Source of the DNA: Camelus dromedarius
Taxonomy: Eukaryota
Assembly: GCF_036321535.1 (NCBI RefSeq)
Contig: NC_087437.1
Span: forward strand, 51,772,001-51,836,000
DNA length: 64,000 nucleotides
Direction of reading: 5' to 3'
Part shown: positions 1-12,800 of the stretch, in pieces
Position numbering within the stretch: the stretch's first letter is position 1
Layout of the letters: each line of letters begins with the position of its first letter
Translations under genes and position numbers: made by a program
Notes under the pieces: model-generated
What the model was told of the DNA's origin: nothing
Seen by the model: the letters and a program-made list of their open reading frames with translations, nothing else
The model's database searches: none

Positions 1-1969
1 CTTTTTCTGGAACAGAGACCTGGAACCTCCCCACTCCAACCCTCCCTTACATGCCTCCTGCCCTGGCCTTCCGAGTGTGTGCAGTCTACTCCCACCTTAA
101 GCACAGCATGAGCTGATGTCCTGGACAGAGCTTCTTTTGAAGGGTTTCAAGAGTCTCTCACCATCCTGGGTGACCCAAGGACTGCCATTTCACCTTATAA
201 TGCCTCCTGGTAAGTTATGCATGGTCCTTTCCAAGGGTACATTTAAAAATGCAAATTACCCTGGGACCTAGCAACACAGTGAAAAGCAGATATCAGTCAT
301 TCACGCCTTCCTGTGAATTCGTTTGTGAGCTAGGATGGTACCTATTCTCAGAGTTCCTAGATTCTCTGAATACTTTAAAAATTTGGATTCAAATTTCAAT
401 AGTATTAAAATAGTTATAAAGACAGAAGTCTCTGCAGTTAAACATTTTCATGTAATAAGACTTCAGTTCCTTTAGTTGGTATTGCACAAATCAGGTCTGT
501 GAACTGCTCAGAGCTCACAGATAGGAGCTATGAGAATTGCTTTTCTTTCAAGAGGTCCATTCATGCACAAGTCTGGGAGACTTTAAGTAAGGATGACACA
601 GGTGCAAAGTCTGTTACAATAGGTCTTTCTGGCCCTGGCACCATGTTCCAATGTATGGGGGGCCCGGAGATCTGGGCTCTAGTCTTGGCCTCTTGACTAC
701 TCGGGGCCTCAGTTTCTCCAGGTGTAAAATTCACTCCCTCTTCACTTCACCTCTGCCAGGCCTATGCCGGTTGCCAAGAGGGATAAAATGTGAATGAGAT
801 TCAAGCCTATGAGGTCCAAACAAGGTGGTGAGGGCACCAAATCTGGCACCTTCCTGTCTGACAGTTCAATGCAGACGGTAGACAAAGGCTATGGGAGTCT
901 AGTGGAGGAATAAGTCACTTCCGCCTGCCAAGCACAGGTGGGCTTTGTAGCTGAACTAGCTTTGAGACTGGGCCTTGAACCAAGGCCATCGCAGGTGAGG
1001 GTGCTGGTCCTATAGGCAGAGAGGATGGTTGAAGCGGGCTGGGTGTGGTGGGCTTATGGACAGAGCTGGGGTGTGAAGTACTTTAACAAGACTGGACCTA
1101 TAGCTGAAGGACCTCTGAGACTGTCTCATCCAACTCTCTAGGATACAAGGGAACATCATGAGGCCCAAATTGGTTCAAGAACCTCTCCCCTAGTCACACA
1201 GCCAGTTGGGACTGTGCAGACAGCAAGGAAGTGGGCAAGAATTCTTCAACTTGGAGCTGAGTTCCCAGCCTCAGGAATGTTTTTAGCCCAAGCTGGCAAC
1301 CCCCTCTTCTACCACACACTTCACAAAGCCTACTGCGGGCTCCAGCAACCCACCTCTCTCCCACCCTCAGAGCTCCTGAGACACATTGGCCCACACACCT
1401 GGGGGGCGTTTTAGGTTTATGTCCGCTCAACAAAACAGCCACATCCTGGCGGAAACCAAGGTGGAGGGAAGCCTTTAGCCCACCCTTCCCTTCCCCTCGT
1501 CCTTGGGCTGCAGTAACAGAACCCAGGCTGGAGAGAGGTGTAAAAACCAGAACGCGCAAAAGGCCTCCCCAGGTCCCAGCCTGCATAACTGCCCAAGCTG
1601 GGAATAGCCTTCAGCTAACAGGGGCTCTTGAGCACGGACAGCCTGTCTCCACTTGACTCTGGGAGCCTTTCCCTCTCCTTGGCTGGGGAGACTCTCAGGC
1701 TGTGCCCACCCCTTTGGACTGGGAGATATCCTCCCCTCACACAGGTCTCTTGGGGTCCACAGCCACCCAGCCCATCTGGGCAGAGAAGGGGTTCATTGCC
1801 CCAGAACTAACAGGATAGTGGTGAGGCGGTCAGAAAGAGAGTGGGCCCCAAATGGCTTAAAGTCTTTTGCCCACTTCTCTCAGCAAAGATGTGGAAAGAA
1901 GAAGCTAGTGTGGGTGTCCATCATAGATGTCCAAAAGGATGGCTGTGAAACCCAGATTTACCATGTCTA

Positions 1970-2770
1970 GTCTATGACCGCCATGACCACCACATCTGTC
2001 ACTGTTTCCATTTCTACCACTATCACTGTTTATGTTTTCACCATCACTGGTACCAACACCTCTATCACAACCACCACCTCTACCTCCACCATTACTGCTG
2101 TCTCCATTTCCACCACTGTCACCACCTCCATCTCCAAAACAACCACCACCTCTGTCTCTACCACTATAACCACCACCACCTCCACACCCACCATTTTCAA
2201 GATCTCTGTCACTCATCCCCATCATCTCCACCTTGATCATGACCTCCATCTCCACCACTGTTGTCACCTCCACCTTCACCACCTCCACTAGTATCACTAC
2301 CTTTATCACCATCTCTATCATTACCACTGTCTCCATCTCCACCACAGCCTCCACCTCTGTCTTTATCACCATAACCACAACCACCTCCACACCCATCACT
2401 ATCAACATCTCCATCACACATCTCCATCATCTCCACTATAACCACCAACTTCACCTCTACCACTATTAACATTTCCATCACCATCTCAACATGACCTCCA
2501 CCTCCACCTCCATCCCTACATTCATAGCCACCACATCTACCACAGCCATCACTTCCATCTCCACTGCCATCATCAACTCCAACTCCTCTACCATTACCAT
2601 CATCACCTTCACAGGATCACTACTTTTATCACTAGTACCACCACCATCACCATCTCCACCACTGCCATCACCACCTCCACCACCACTACCACTACCCTTC
2701 TCACCTCCCCTAACACTTCTGTTACCTGCTTCCACCAACACATTATGCTGCCCACCCCTACCTCTGCCCA
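1970..2770. repeat. Degenerate ACC/ATC/TCC triplet-hexamer low-complexity tract
   Basis: ~800 bp of period-3/6 units (tccacc, atcacc, accact), very G-poor on + strand; source of the spurious Thr/Ser-rich and Val/Met/Glu-rich ORFs. Confidence 0.95.
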
Positions 2771-2779
2771 TTTTAAACC

Positions 2780-4030
2780 ATCCACACTACATAGAATGTA
2801 AAGAACTGCTCTTTGGGTTAATCTTTCGACCTCTTTATTTGCCCAACCTGAGAAAGGCCAACCATAGACCCCATTTCCCTAGTTTTTCTTCTGAGACTTC
2901 TCATGGAAGATGAAATTAAATGCTGTGCTCTTTAAGTTAAGGAAGATTATGTGTCTCTTGCCGTTCCTGATTTACCAGGCCCATCATTTTGTCCTGGAAG
3001 GAAATTGGATTACTCTGACAGAATGTGTTCTTTGGAAAGCAGTACTAGTTATTACCTAATTCCTTATGACCTAGTGTTTGCAGATTGATTTTTTGATGAC
3101 GTGTCCCAGTAGTTTTCTATTATAGCAGCTCGGTTGATGGGCCCAACACTTGCAGAGGCATCTGCTTTCCCCCAGGTTTAAAGAGAGGCAGGGACATGCT
3201 GCCTGGGTCTCCCTCCTGTCTCCAGGTCCCTCACCAGTTCCCCATAAATCCCCCCAGCGTGAGAGCTAGTGATCTGATTCCACCTTGGGCCAATTCCTTA
3301 AGTACCTAAGCATGTAAGTCATCAGGACCGTGGATGTGAATACACAAGTTCCTCCCTCGTTCCCCCTTGGCTTCCTGCCTTCTCATGATCCCATGCGGTG
3401 CCTCTTTCAGCGTTCAGATCACAGCTGACCTTTTTAGGCTAAGAAAAAATTAAAAGCCTCTGCTTATTAGTGTCATTGCTTATAGGCTCTCTCTCCCCAA
3501 CTCAAAACGAGCCAGCAGTCTCCTTATCCCCCTTTGTTGGCCTGTTAGAGTCAGAAAATGTTTTTCTCATTCTTTTGCTGCCTTGTACAAGTTATATCTC
3601 ATTTCTTTTTCTGAACGACTCTTCTGATTTTATCTCCACAGCCTTTTGTGATTTTTTGTATGGACTCCTCCTTCGTAACCTGGCCTGCTTTCCACTCTCT
3701 TTGGCACAGCCATTATCATTTTAGTTCTTGGAGAAGCTTTCTGCATAACTAACAAGTAATCTCTGGGTCCCTTTTAGCTGTTTTATGCATCAGGAGAGTT
3801 TCATTCTCTTCTCCTAATTTTGTTGCCTTATGTGGAAATGTCCTATTCTCCTTGGAGAGTGCCTTTGGTTCTTAAACTCAGCGTTTGTGCTTTTCAACTT
3901 GGTTCCCAAAGCTTGGTGCAGAAAGCTTTTAGAAAAGGCCAGTTTCTGAATCTTGTTTCAGTTTCTGCTTTTCTTCCTTTCTCTCAGGTGGTGGTCTCCT
4001 TTCTCAAGACTCCCTTCCTTCTGCAGTGAC
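2780..4030 (-). mobile_element. CR1/L3 LINE ORF2 fossil (linker + N-terminal RT region), disrupted
   Basis: Minus-strand translation gives ordered CR1-type motifs: WKAGQVTKEE (3694-3665), GPDDLHA*VLKELA (3329-3288), WGTGEGPGDRR (~3244-3212), KSICKH (~3091-3074), CQSNPISFQDKMMGLV (from 3020), EKLGKWGL (2888-2865), TQRAVL (2818-2801); stops and frameshifts present. Confidence 0.85.
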
Positions 4031-4399
4031 TTTAGTGTGTGACTGTCACACCTAGTCAGCCTCTGCTCCCCAGGACATATATTCGTCCCTCCCACCTGGG
4101 AGGGAAGTAGCACCTGGGTCTGGTCACTGGTGCCCACACTAGGGTGTGGATGGGGACACTCACCAGGAGTGTTTGGTTACTGTGGAGGGCTCTCTCCATG
4201 CCCAGGCCCATTTGCTCATTCTTGGAGTCCCTCATTTCCTCTAGAACCTCTGATTTTGTTTGGGGCCCTGGCAGCTGTGGGCTCACAGGATGGATGAGTC
4301 TTCCTGAAAGTCAGGTTGATAATGGCCTGGGGGAGAACACCAGCTAGTAAGCTAGCAGACCTGAAATCAGGTTAATTACATAAAAGGTGGCAATTGCAA

Positions 4400-4570
4400 G
4401 GCATGAAGACAGTGGTGAATGAGTGATGTGCTCTGTCCTGAAGGAGGCTTCTCCAAGGAAGCTGTACTTGAGTAGAGTCTTTAAAGTTAGGTAGGTGTTT
4501 GCCAGAAAGAGGGATGTGGAAAGGCATTCCAGGCAGAACAGGGTATGCAGGGGCAGAGAGGGCTAAGTGG
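4400..4570 (-). mobile_element. L2 LINE fragment
   Basis: ggaggcttctccaaggaag...aaggcattccaggcagaacagg, typical L2 antisense motif. Confidence 0.7.
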
Positions 4571-4939
4571 CACAAGCAGAGCCCCCAGACTCCAGGAAGG
4601 CCCATGGTCTTCCCAACCCTCCACTGGTCTGGATGAATCATGTCAAGATGATCCTGCCAAGGCCTCTTTCAAGGCCTCCACAGAAGGTCCCAGTGCTCCC
4701 GGTCATCTACTGTCATCTCCAAATGTGGCTTCTCAGTGAAGACTTTCTTCATCCAACCTGGCCAACCAGTGTCCCTTTATCCCAGGGAGGAGGCTCGGGC
4801 CCTCATCCCTTTCCTTTCTTAATGACTGTGACAGGAGGAACTCCATGACCCATTCTTGAACTCCCCCAAGGCAGGGATCTTCTCTGCTCCCCCAGGATCC
4901 ATATACGCCTCCTCTATACTCTAGATTAAATTTTCTTTG

Positions 4940-5185
4940 TCTAGAAAAACTAGAAAATACAGATTATCAAAAGTTTAAAAATAGTTTCAAAAATCACACA
5001 TAATCCCACCGTTCAGCATTAACCTTGTTGACATTTTGGCAAATATCCTCCCAGAGGTGTAATTTCCTTTAACAAGACATGTAGTCAGCAAAGTGGGCGT
5101 CTTTCAGAAGTGCAGATCAGTCTGCCTCATTATTTTAAACAGCTATGTCGTACTTCACTGTTCAGTCGAACCATAATTTATTTAA
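4940..5185 (-). mobile_element. Old L1 (L1ME-like) 3' fragment
   Basis: aaatcacacataatcccacc...accttgttgacattttgg motif of ancient L1 3' ends. Confidence 0.6.
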
Positions 5186-5349
5186 ACTTGGAAGCTTGAT
5201 GAAAAAATGAGGAAGGGCCTTTGCAGAGTCTCCTGCGTTTTTCATGTTCCTTTGCAGCCCACTGAGTCACAGGGTAGAAAGCACTGGTTCTAGACTTAGG
5301 AGATGTGAGATTGAATGCAGCCTCTTTACCCGTATGTGTGGGTCTCGGA

Positions 5350-6800
5350 TCTATCCACAATCCCTCTCAGCCTTTCTGACATCTTGGAAGCACTTAACAC
5401 AACCGACCACTCTCCCCTTCTTGACCTCCTTCCTTCCTGTAGCCTCTGGGACGACACCCTCCACCCCAGCACTTCCCTTATGTTTTACCTTTCCTTTGTA
5501 GTTTCCTGAGCCGGAACCTTTTTTTCTGACCAGTACTGAGCTGTTGGTACTCCCCAAGGCTCTCTCCCCTCCTGCCTCTGCCCACCTCTTCCCACTCAGT
5601 TTCTTCCCCTTGGATGACCTATCTAGCTCTGTACATTTGAGGGCCAGCCTCTCTCCAGCCCGTTTCTCTTTCCTGAGGTCTGGATCCACGTGTTCAATAT
5701 CCCAAAGAGCATCTCCATCACAAACTCAATGTGTCTCATTTCTCCTTCCTCTCAACCTGTACCTCCTCCCCTTAGAGTCTCTGTCTCAGTTTCTGATGCC
5801 ATTCATCCCAGCTGGAAGCCAGAAGTCAACTTGAGTCCTCTTTCCCTCCCACTTCCCTCCCAAATCCAGTGCCTCAAATAGCCTTTTTCCTTCTCCAGCC
5901 CTGTCCCTCCTCTGCTGCCACACCCTGCCTCAATTCAGGCGAGGGATCTTCTTCTGGGATTATGCCTGCAGTATTCTCACTGGTTCCTCACCTCTGGATT
6001 CTTCTACAATCCACTCACCAGGATACTTTTTACCAATACTTAAAAAAAAATTTGAGGTATAATTTGCATACAAAGAAGCACATATTTTAAGTATACAATT
6101 TGATAAATTTTAATAACTATATTGCATCCATGTAACCACCACTGCAATGAAGATTTAGAAAATTTCCATCATCCCTTAATGTTCCTCATGATCCTTTTTA
6201 GTCAATCCCCATTCCCATGGGCAATTACTGCTCTGGTATCTTTCATCATAGATTAGTTTTGCCTATTCTGTAGAACTCCACATAAATGAAATCATATAGT
6301 TTGTACTCTTTTGCTTGGCAAACTGTTTTTGAGATTCCTTCATGTTGTCATGTTATAATCATTTAAAAGTGAATATTTATTTAAGCCAATCTCCTGCTTA
6401 AAACTTTTCAATAGCTCCCCATTATCCAATTCCTGGCCCCTGCATGGCCTCATCTAACTTTAACCTTTCAGAATACTGAACCATTTGTTCACCTGCACAA
6501 ACATAGCTTTTCATGGGTGAGTCTGCTCATCTCCCAAACAGTTTGCCTAGTGAACTCCTACTCATCTGGCAGCACTCTGTTCAGACGTAGATTCTGTGAG
6601 TTTCTCTGACCTGTTCCCACCCTCAGGACAAAGAGTCTGTCAGCTCCACTATAATGGACTATGTCCACTATTCTGAACCTCCGCCCTTCATGGATTGAAT
6701 GGATTTCTTTCTTAGCCTGACTCCTGTGTCTTATACATTATTTATTGTTGTTCCCACTACACTGTATGGGTTTATGTACTTGTGCAACCCCTTAGCTATG
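5350..6800 (+). mobile_element. L2 LINE remnant interrupted by an L1 piece
   Basis: gaccactctccccttcttga, ctcctgcttaaaacttttcaatagctcccc, cctagtgaactcctactcatc are L2 motifs in colinear order. Confidence 0.75.
6045..6355 (-). mobile_element. L1M (L1MB/MC/ME-type) 3' end
   Basis: tttgaggtataatttgcatac...catccatgtaaccaccac...gattagttttgcctattct, antisense L1 3'UTR. Confidence 0.8.
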
Positions 6801-6879
6801 CTCAGAGGATGGAAAAATTCATCCTGTTTCCAGAAATTCTTCCTGTGGAAGATGCTCTTGTTGCCTTCTCAAGAAACAT

Positions 6880-7517
6880 TCCTGCAGTCTTCTTTGCTAA
6901 CAGACCTTGATCTTGCTCAAGCAGCCATGTGCCTAGCAATAAATTTGCCAGTGGTTGGTTGAGGAGTGGTCTGGTTCTGGTCAATGAGACAAAGGGGACA
7001 AGTCTTCAGGGGGCCTCTGGGAAAGGTTTTTCTCCCTGAAAAGGAAAAATGAGAGGTACATGCCCCCTTTTATACCTTTCCCTTTCCTCTAATTTGGGAT
7101 TCTATTGTATGAGGGTGTGATGTTTGGAGCTATGGCATCCATCTTGTGATCATGAGGCAAAGGCCAAGAGACACATGGAGACATGGATCCAGCAACCAGG
7201 CGTTACTGAGAAACTAAACTGACCCCAGATTCCACCTACCTTCAAGCTTCTTGTTATATGAGGTAATTAAGTGATTTTATGGCTTAAGTCACAATTAGTT
7301 GAGTTTTCTTCTTCTTCTTTTCTTTAATTTTTTTTTTGTGGGGGGAAGTAATTAGATTTGTTTGTTTGTTTGCTTGTTTGTTTATAATGGAGGTGCTGGG
7401 GATTGAATGTAGGACCTCATGTGTGCTAGGCACACACCTTACCACAGACTTATACTCTCCCCCACACCATTAGTTAAGTTTTCTGATATTTGAAGCTGAA
7501 GACATTCTTAACTGATA
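6880..7517 (+). mobile_element. MaLR MLT1 (J/K-like) solo LTR, interrupted by a SINE
   Basis: ttctggtcaatgagac, tgtgatgtttggagctatggcatccatcttgtgatcatgagg, and terminal gttttctgatatttgaagctgaagacattcttaactgata. Confidence 0.75.
7310..7468 (-). mobile_element. tRNA-derived camelid SINE (Vic-1-like)
   Basis: tRNA-like head on - strand with A-rich tail; 16-bp TSD attagttRagttttct at 7294-7309 and 7469-7484 (1 mismatch). Confidence 0.85.
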
Positions 7518-8032
7518 AATTTTGTGAATAAATTTTTATTCACAACATTTTTTGAGATAATTGTAGAACCTATACATTTTTATGAGATTAGGAAGCACTT
7601 AAATCCAGGTGGTGCAAAACAATCTGTACTTTTCCTTTCAAGTAACTATACCACATCTACGTCTACCTTGAGTGGGCCTCAGGGCGCTTTCTTTCTATCC
7701 ATGTTTCTCAGTCTTCTAATCTCTCGACTTTCCCCTTGGAAAAAGGAAAGAGCTTCCTCCTTTGGGCCTTTGACCCAAGCTCTCAACCAATCAGCTCCAT
7801 CTAGTTTTTACCCTTTGGAGTTGGAGGGGGGGTTTTTATGTGCTAGATTATCTTCTTAGCAACCCATGGAAAAGGTTCTGTTACCCCATTTTGTATGAAA
7901 ATTGAAAGTCATGTTAGTGAAAATCCTAATTGAGTTCACACAGGTAGTAAGCAGAGGTGCCTCACAGTAAGGTCTGCCCAAACTTGTCTTTACCTTAATA
8001 TCTAGCCTTTCTTGGGCTATCAAATAGGTGCC

Positions 8033-8460
8033 TTGGGTGGCAGCCATGAAAATGCACTGCTCAGATCTCCTACTGCAGGGAGTGTAATTGGCCAAAGGTT
8101 GTCACTGCTGTTGTGCACTGGTCTGGGACCACACTTCTTGTGGGCTGCTCCTTCTGCAGAATAGTGAACAGGGCAGAGGTCCTAAGACAAGTGATTCCTG
8201 AGAGATGCTGGCCTCCTCTGAGAATGACTTTAGCTCACAAATTTCCTGAAACCTCCTTAGAACTACACTGAGACTCTACCCCTCCCACCCACCTTCCCTC
8301 CATCTCCCCTTCACAGGGGTCAGACCCCCATTACAGACTGATGGTTCTGTGCTCCTCTGGCTCACTTGCCTTTTTCTTTCACAGATGTTTCAGCAAATAA
8401 ATCTCTTGCATATCTAATCCTTTCTTGGGGTCTGGCTTCTCAGAGGACATGAACTAATGT
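8033..8460 (+). mobile_element. ERVL LTR16(A-like) solo LTR
   Basis: Start tgggtggcagccatgaaaatgcactgctcagatctcc; end aataaatctcttgcatatctaatcc...tctcagaggacatgaactaa. Confidence 0.75.
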
Positions 8461-8662
8461 GCTTTGGTTTTTTAAAGCCCCAAAGTCAACCTGGCATCCT
8501 GTCGACAGAGCACCTGGCACGTACTGGGTTGCTCCTCTTCTCTTTTCCTTTTGGAGTGCATGAAGGGGTTAACAGTGGCCATGCCATGAGGCTGTTTCTG
8601 TCTCCAGTGGGAGCAAGACGTACCACCCCGTAACCAAAAGAGTATGTGCATACCTGGAAACT

Positions 8663-9369
8663 TTTTTTTAAATTGAAGTATAGTCAGTTATAATGTGTCA
8701 ATTTCTGGTGTACATCATAATGTCCCAGTCATATATATACATATACGTATATATATATACGTGTATATATATATATATACACACACACATATATACACAC
8801 ACACATATATATATACACATATATTTGTTTTAATATTCTTTTTCATTAAAGGTTATTACAAGATATTGAATATAGTTCCCTGTGCTATACAGAAAAAATT
8901 TGTTTTTATTTTTTTTTTTACATAGTGGTTAACATTTACAAATCTCAAACACCCAAATTTATCCCTTCCCACCCCCTTTCCCCTGATAACCATAAGACTG
9001 TTCACTATGCCTGCAAATCTGTTTCTGTTTTGTGGATGAGTTCTTTAGTGTCCTCTTTTTCCTTTTCTTTTTTTTTTTAGATTACACATATGAGCGATAT
9101 CATATGGCATTTTTCCTTCTCTTTCTGGCTTGCTTCACATAAAATGATGATCTCCAGGTCCATCCATGTTGCTGCAAATGGTATTATTTTATTCTTTTTT
9201 ATGGCTGAGTAGTATTCCAGTGTATAAATATACCATAGCTTCTTTGTCCAGTCATCTGTTGATGGACATTTAGGTTGCTTGCATGTCTTGGCTATTATAT
9301 ATAGTGCTGCTATGAACATTGGGGTGCATGTATCTTTTCAGTTTAGAGTTCCCTCCAGATATATGCCCA
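8663..9369 (-). mobile_element. Young 5'-truncated L1 (ORF2 C-terminus + 3'UTR)
   Basis: ORF 9077-9319 (MFIAALYIIAK..QPKCPS..EYYSAIKKN..FAATWMDLE) is the L1 ORF2p C-terminus; perfect 14-bp TSD catacctggaaact at 8649-8662 and 9370-9383. Confidence 0.95.
8730..8824. repeat. Compound (TA)n/(CA)n microsatellite inside the L1 3'UTR
   Basis: Direct reading of sequence. Confidence 0.9.
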
Positions 9370-10229
9370 CATACCTGGAAACTCTTATCTCCTGAGTTCA
9401 GAGAGGCTGAGGCACTCATCTAAGGGCCGACAGCTTACCTAGATGCTCACACATATGCGCACTGATGCATGCAGTGGGGAGACAAAGTCAGAGTGAAGAG
9501 ACACGGTCAGGCTGCAGTGTGGGGCGGGCAAAGAGCATGAGGAAAGCAGCCCCTTCCTGCCCCTCCCAGCCGACTTCCCACAGCTGGTCTGTGTGTTTTG
9601 GTGCCGTGGCAACTGGCTGTGAGAGCTGCTCATGGAAAGTGAAGCTTAACCTTAGGACACTGTGGGAAGATAAGCTAGATGGGCCTAGAAGATACCAGGT
9701 CCATGACCTTCTGGCCTTCCAGCCTTGCTGCAGCCTGGAGACTCCACACCCAGCCAAGCCTTCAGTCATCGAGAAATGCCTTTCTCTGTTCACACTCACT
9801 GCCTGTCCAGCCAGCTGGCTCACCTGTTTGGCCATACTAACTCAGAGTCTAGAATGCTCTGTTCTCTTATGTTTGTCTGAATCCTCTCCATCTTTCAGGG
9901 CCAAGTTCCCATCTCATGGCCACCTGGAAGCTTTCTTTGATTTCCCTAGTCCACTGGGCCCTTTTCTTCCTCTGAGCTTGTCTAGCAATTACTGTACTAT
10001 CTGTAGCATTCACCTTATGGCATTTGGCCTTGGTCCTGATCTAATTCAACAAGCTCCTGATATGCGCAAGACCCTGTGCTAAGTGCCAAATGCTCATGTG
10101 GTATCTTGGGGCTAATCTGCCCTAGGTTCATTAGACTTAAGACAGGAGAGCAGCAGACCATCTAGAAGCTCCAGCTTTATGAGCAGGAGAGGCCTTCACT
10201 GGCTTCCCAACTAGGCCTGACAGAGGGCA

Positions 10230-10380
10230 TAGGTTGTCGCTTATTAGAGCCTTGCATCCGAGTGCAGACATGTCACTGAGTCTCATTTTTCTCAGCTGTA
10301 AAAAGGGGATGATAGGACTACCTCGCAGGCTTGTTTTGAGGACAAATGAGGTAACGTGTAAAGTACTTCACACAGTGATG
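10230..10380 (+). mobile_element. MIR SINE
   Basis: MIR core tctcatttttctcagctgtaaaaaggggatgataggactacctc. Confidence 0.75.
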
Positions 10381-10739
10381 GGCCCATTCCCACCCTTCAC
10401 CCTCTGAATCTGCCTGAATGAAAGCAGTGCGTGCTCCCCTTTCCCTGGGGCTGTTCAGACAGCTGACTGTCCTGATCGCGGGGTTACATGAGGCAGAGGC
10501 CTGCCCTCTGGGAGCTCGGCATCTGGTGCTTTCACACACTTTCTCTGGTTTAACCCTCCGTCAGCTCGGGGAAAGGATGTGCAATTCCTACATCAGAGAC
10601 AACGAAGGAGCCAGGGCTCAGAGAGGCTGAGCCCCACCCTAGATCCCAGAGCTAGTAAGTGGTAGAGTTGGCTTCAGAGTCAGGCCTGAGACAGAAGAGA
10701 AGCCCTAAGTAAACACAGAGCCCTTGGGTGAGAACACTT

Positions 10740-12290
10740 GATGCTGTTGAAGATATGGCTTCTGCCTGCAGAATTCTATAAATTCAACATAATGCCTATC
10801 AGAATTGCAACAGGGTGTGTGTATGCGGGTGTGAAATTTAACAAGCCCATTCTAAAACTAACCTGGAAGAATAACTGTGTTGGGATAGCCAAGAAATGTT
10901 TGAAGAAGTACAAAGAAGGGGAACTTGCCCTATCAGATTATAAAACACCACCGAGCTGTACTAATTAAGATGGTGGTGTGCTGGCACAGAACAAGATGAG
11001 TGGATCAAGGTCACAGGACAGGAGTTTTAAAAGGGTTCTTGTATAAAGAGGACTTCTGTATACGACAAAGTAGCATTTAGAAGAAGTACAGGAAGGATGA
11101 ACTCTTGAAAAACCGGTGTAGAGACAACTGGCTATTCTTGTGAAAAAACACGAAGTTGATTCCTGCTTCATGCCATCCGCTAAATACATTCCAGATGGAT
11201 TAGAGAGCCAAGTGTAAAAAAACAAAGCTATAAAACTATTAAAAGAAAATATAGGAGAATTTGTTTATAACTTGGGGGTAGGAAAGGCTTTCTTTAGCAA
11301 GACATAAAACACAGAAACCATAAAGGAAAAGATTACTAATGTTGATTCCATCCAAATCCAAAACTGCAGTATGACAAAAGAAACCATAAATATTGTTAAA
11401 AGACAAGTAACAGACAGGAAGAAGGTATCAGCAACATGTGCAAACGAACAGGATTAATACTCAGGATATATAATGATTTCCTTCAAATAGTAAGTGAAAG
11501 ATAAACCACTTGAAAGAAAGACTAAGTGATAGTTCAGAACAGACAGTTCACCTCCGAGGAGCCGCAGATGGCCGGTAACAATGACAACAACTCAGCCTCA
11601 GTAGTCAGCAAGGAAATGCAAGTCATACAACACTGAGCTAACATTTTTCACCCACCAGATTTGTAAAATTTTAAAGATTCATAATAGCTACTGTTCACAG
11701 GAATTCAAGGGCAACAAACCCCTCTTCACTGCTAGTAAGAATGGAATTTGTCACAGTGTTTGTAGAAAGGATCTGGCAGTGCCTGTGGAAATGTGGACGG
11801 CCAGGGACCCTCCATCACAGCAAGTCCATATCTCTGCCCGGAGAAATGCTCCACGTGCACAAAGAGGCCCGGCCATGGCACCAAGGTGGCAGGGCCAGAA
11901 ACGTGAACAGTCAGGAACAGCCCAAAAGCTCATTAATAGAGAAAGGGCTAAGTACATTTCTGAATGTCCACATTAGTCATGGTTTTCTGAAGTCCAGACA
12001 AATGCGGTAGCCCTCTGCATTCTGAAGTGAGAAGGTCTCATTACCAGAGAGAAGCAAGCCACAGGACAATCTGGCTTTACATATGTAAACACGGATGCTC
12101 ACTTTGAAACCATGTACATGAAGAAGAACTTTCTCGAAGGGTACTTAGCAAACTGGCAATCCCTGGGGAGGGGGACTGTGTAGGAGCCAAGGTGTACTTT
12201 ATCTAAACTATAGGGCTTTTTTTTTTACAGTGAGTATGTATGCATGTATTACTTATATAATAACAATAATACATTTAAAATAACTAGAAA
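10740..12290 (+). mobile_element. Old L1 (L1ME-like) ORF2/3' remnant
   Basis: ORF 10738-10968 YKFNIMPIRIA..KPILKLTWK..IAKKCLKK..GELALSDYK resembles L1 ORF2p; A-rich L1 sequence continues to ~12290. Confidence 0.85.
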
Positions 12291-12800
12291 GTCCAGCTTT
12301 TACTAAGTGTCCAACAGTTTATGCCCCTAGTTTCCAAGCCCTGCATCTGCTGGTGCCCTGGACCTGTTGCTTAGATCCCATCACTGGGTCCTGACTGCAC
12401 ACATGCCCCACCCTTCACCGTCTCCACTGCAATGGGCTCCTTTTCTGGGTTCTTGACCTGTGACCCCTGCCTATCATGGATCAAGAACAAAGGGGAATTG
12501 CTCATGGCCCTAGCCCCAGAACAGCACATGGTCCAGTAAAATAAGAACGAACTTCAGAAAAAATATGGTTGGAAAAACCAAAAAAGGCTTCCTAGAGGAG
12601 GTGGCATTTGAGCTGAGGCTTGAAAGATGGATCATTTTTATCCAAACCTCCTTCCCCCCAAATTATGTTAAAAAGTATATAATGCCATTGCAAAAGTTTG
12701 GATAGTAAAGAGGAAAACAATCAATCACCCCCACAATTCCATCACCCTAAGCCAATACTTTTGTGAATTCCCTTCCAGTCTCTGTCCATAAGGCAGACAT

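Noticed and set aside
60..330. Possible distal continuation of the minus-strand CR1/L3
   Set aside because: Only one short motif (caggatggtgagagactc on -) resembles L3; too weak to call without a profile search
1905..2913. Mucin-like Thr/Ser/Pro-rich and Val/Glu/Met-rich ORFs
   Set aside because: Overlapping ORFs on both strands arise from the triplet repeat; stops interrupt them and there is no recognisable domain
9465..10082. Longest ORF (205 aa)
   Set aside because: No recognisable protein similarity; the 3' part looks L2-derived; length is compatible with chance in GC-rich DNA
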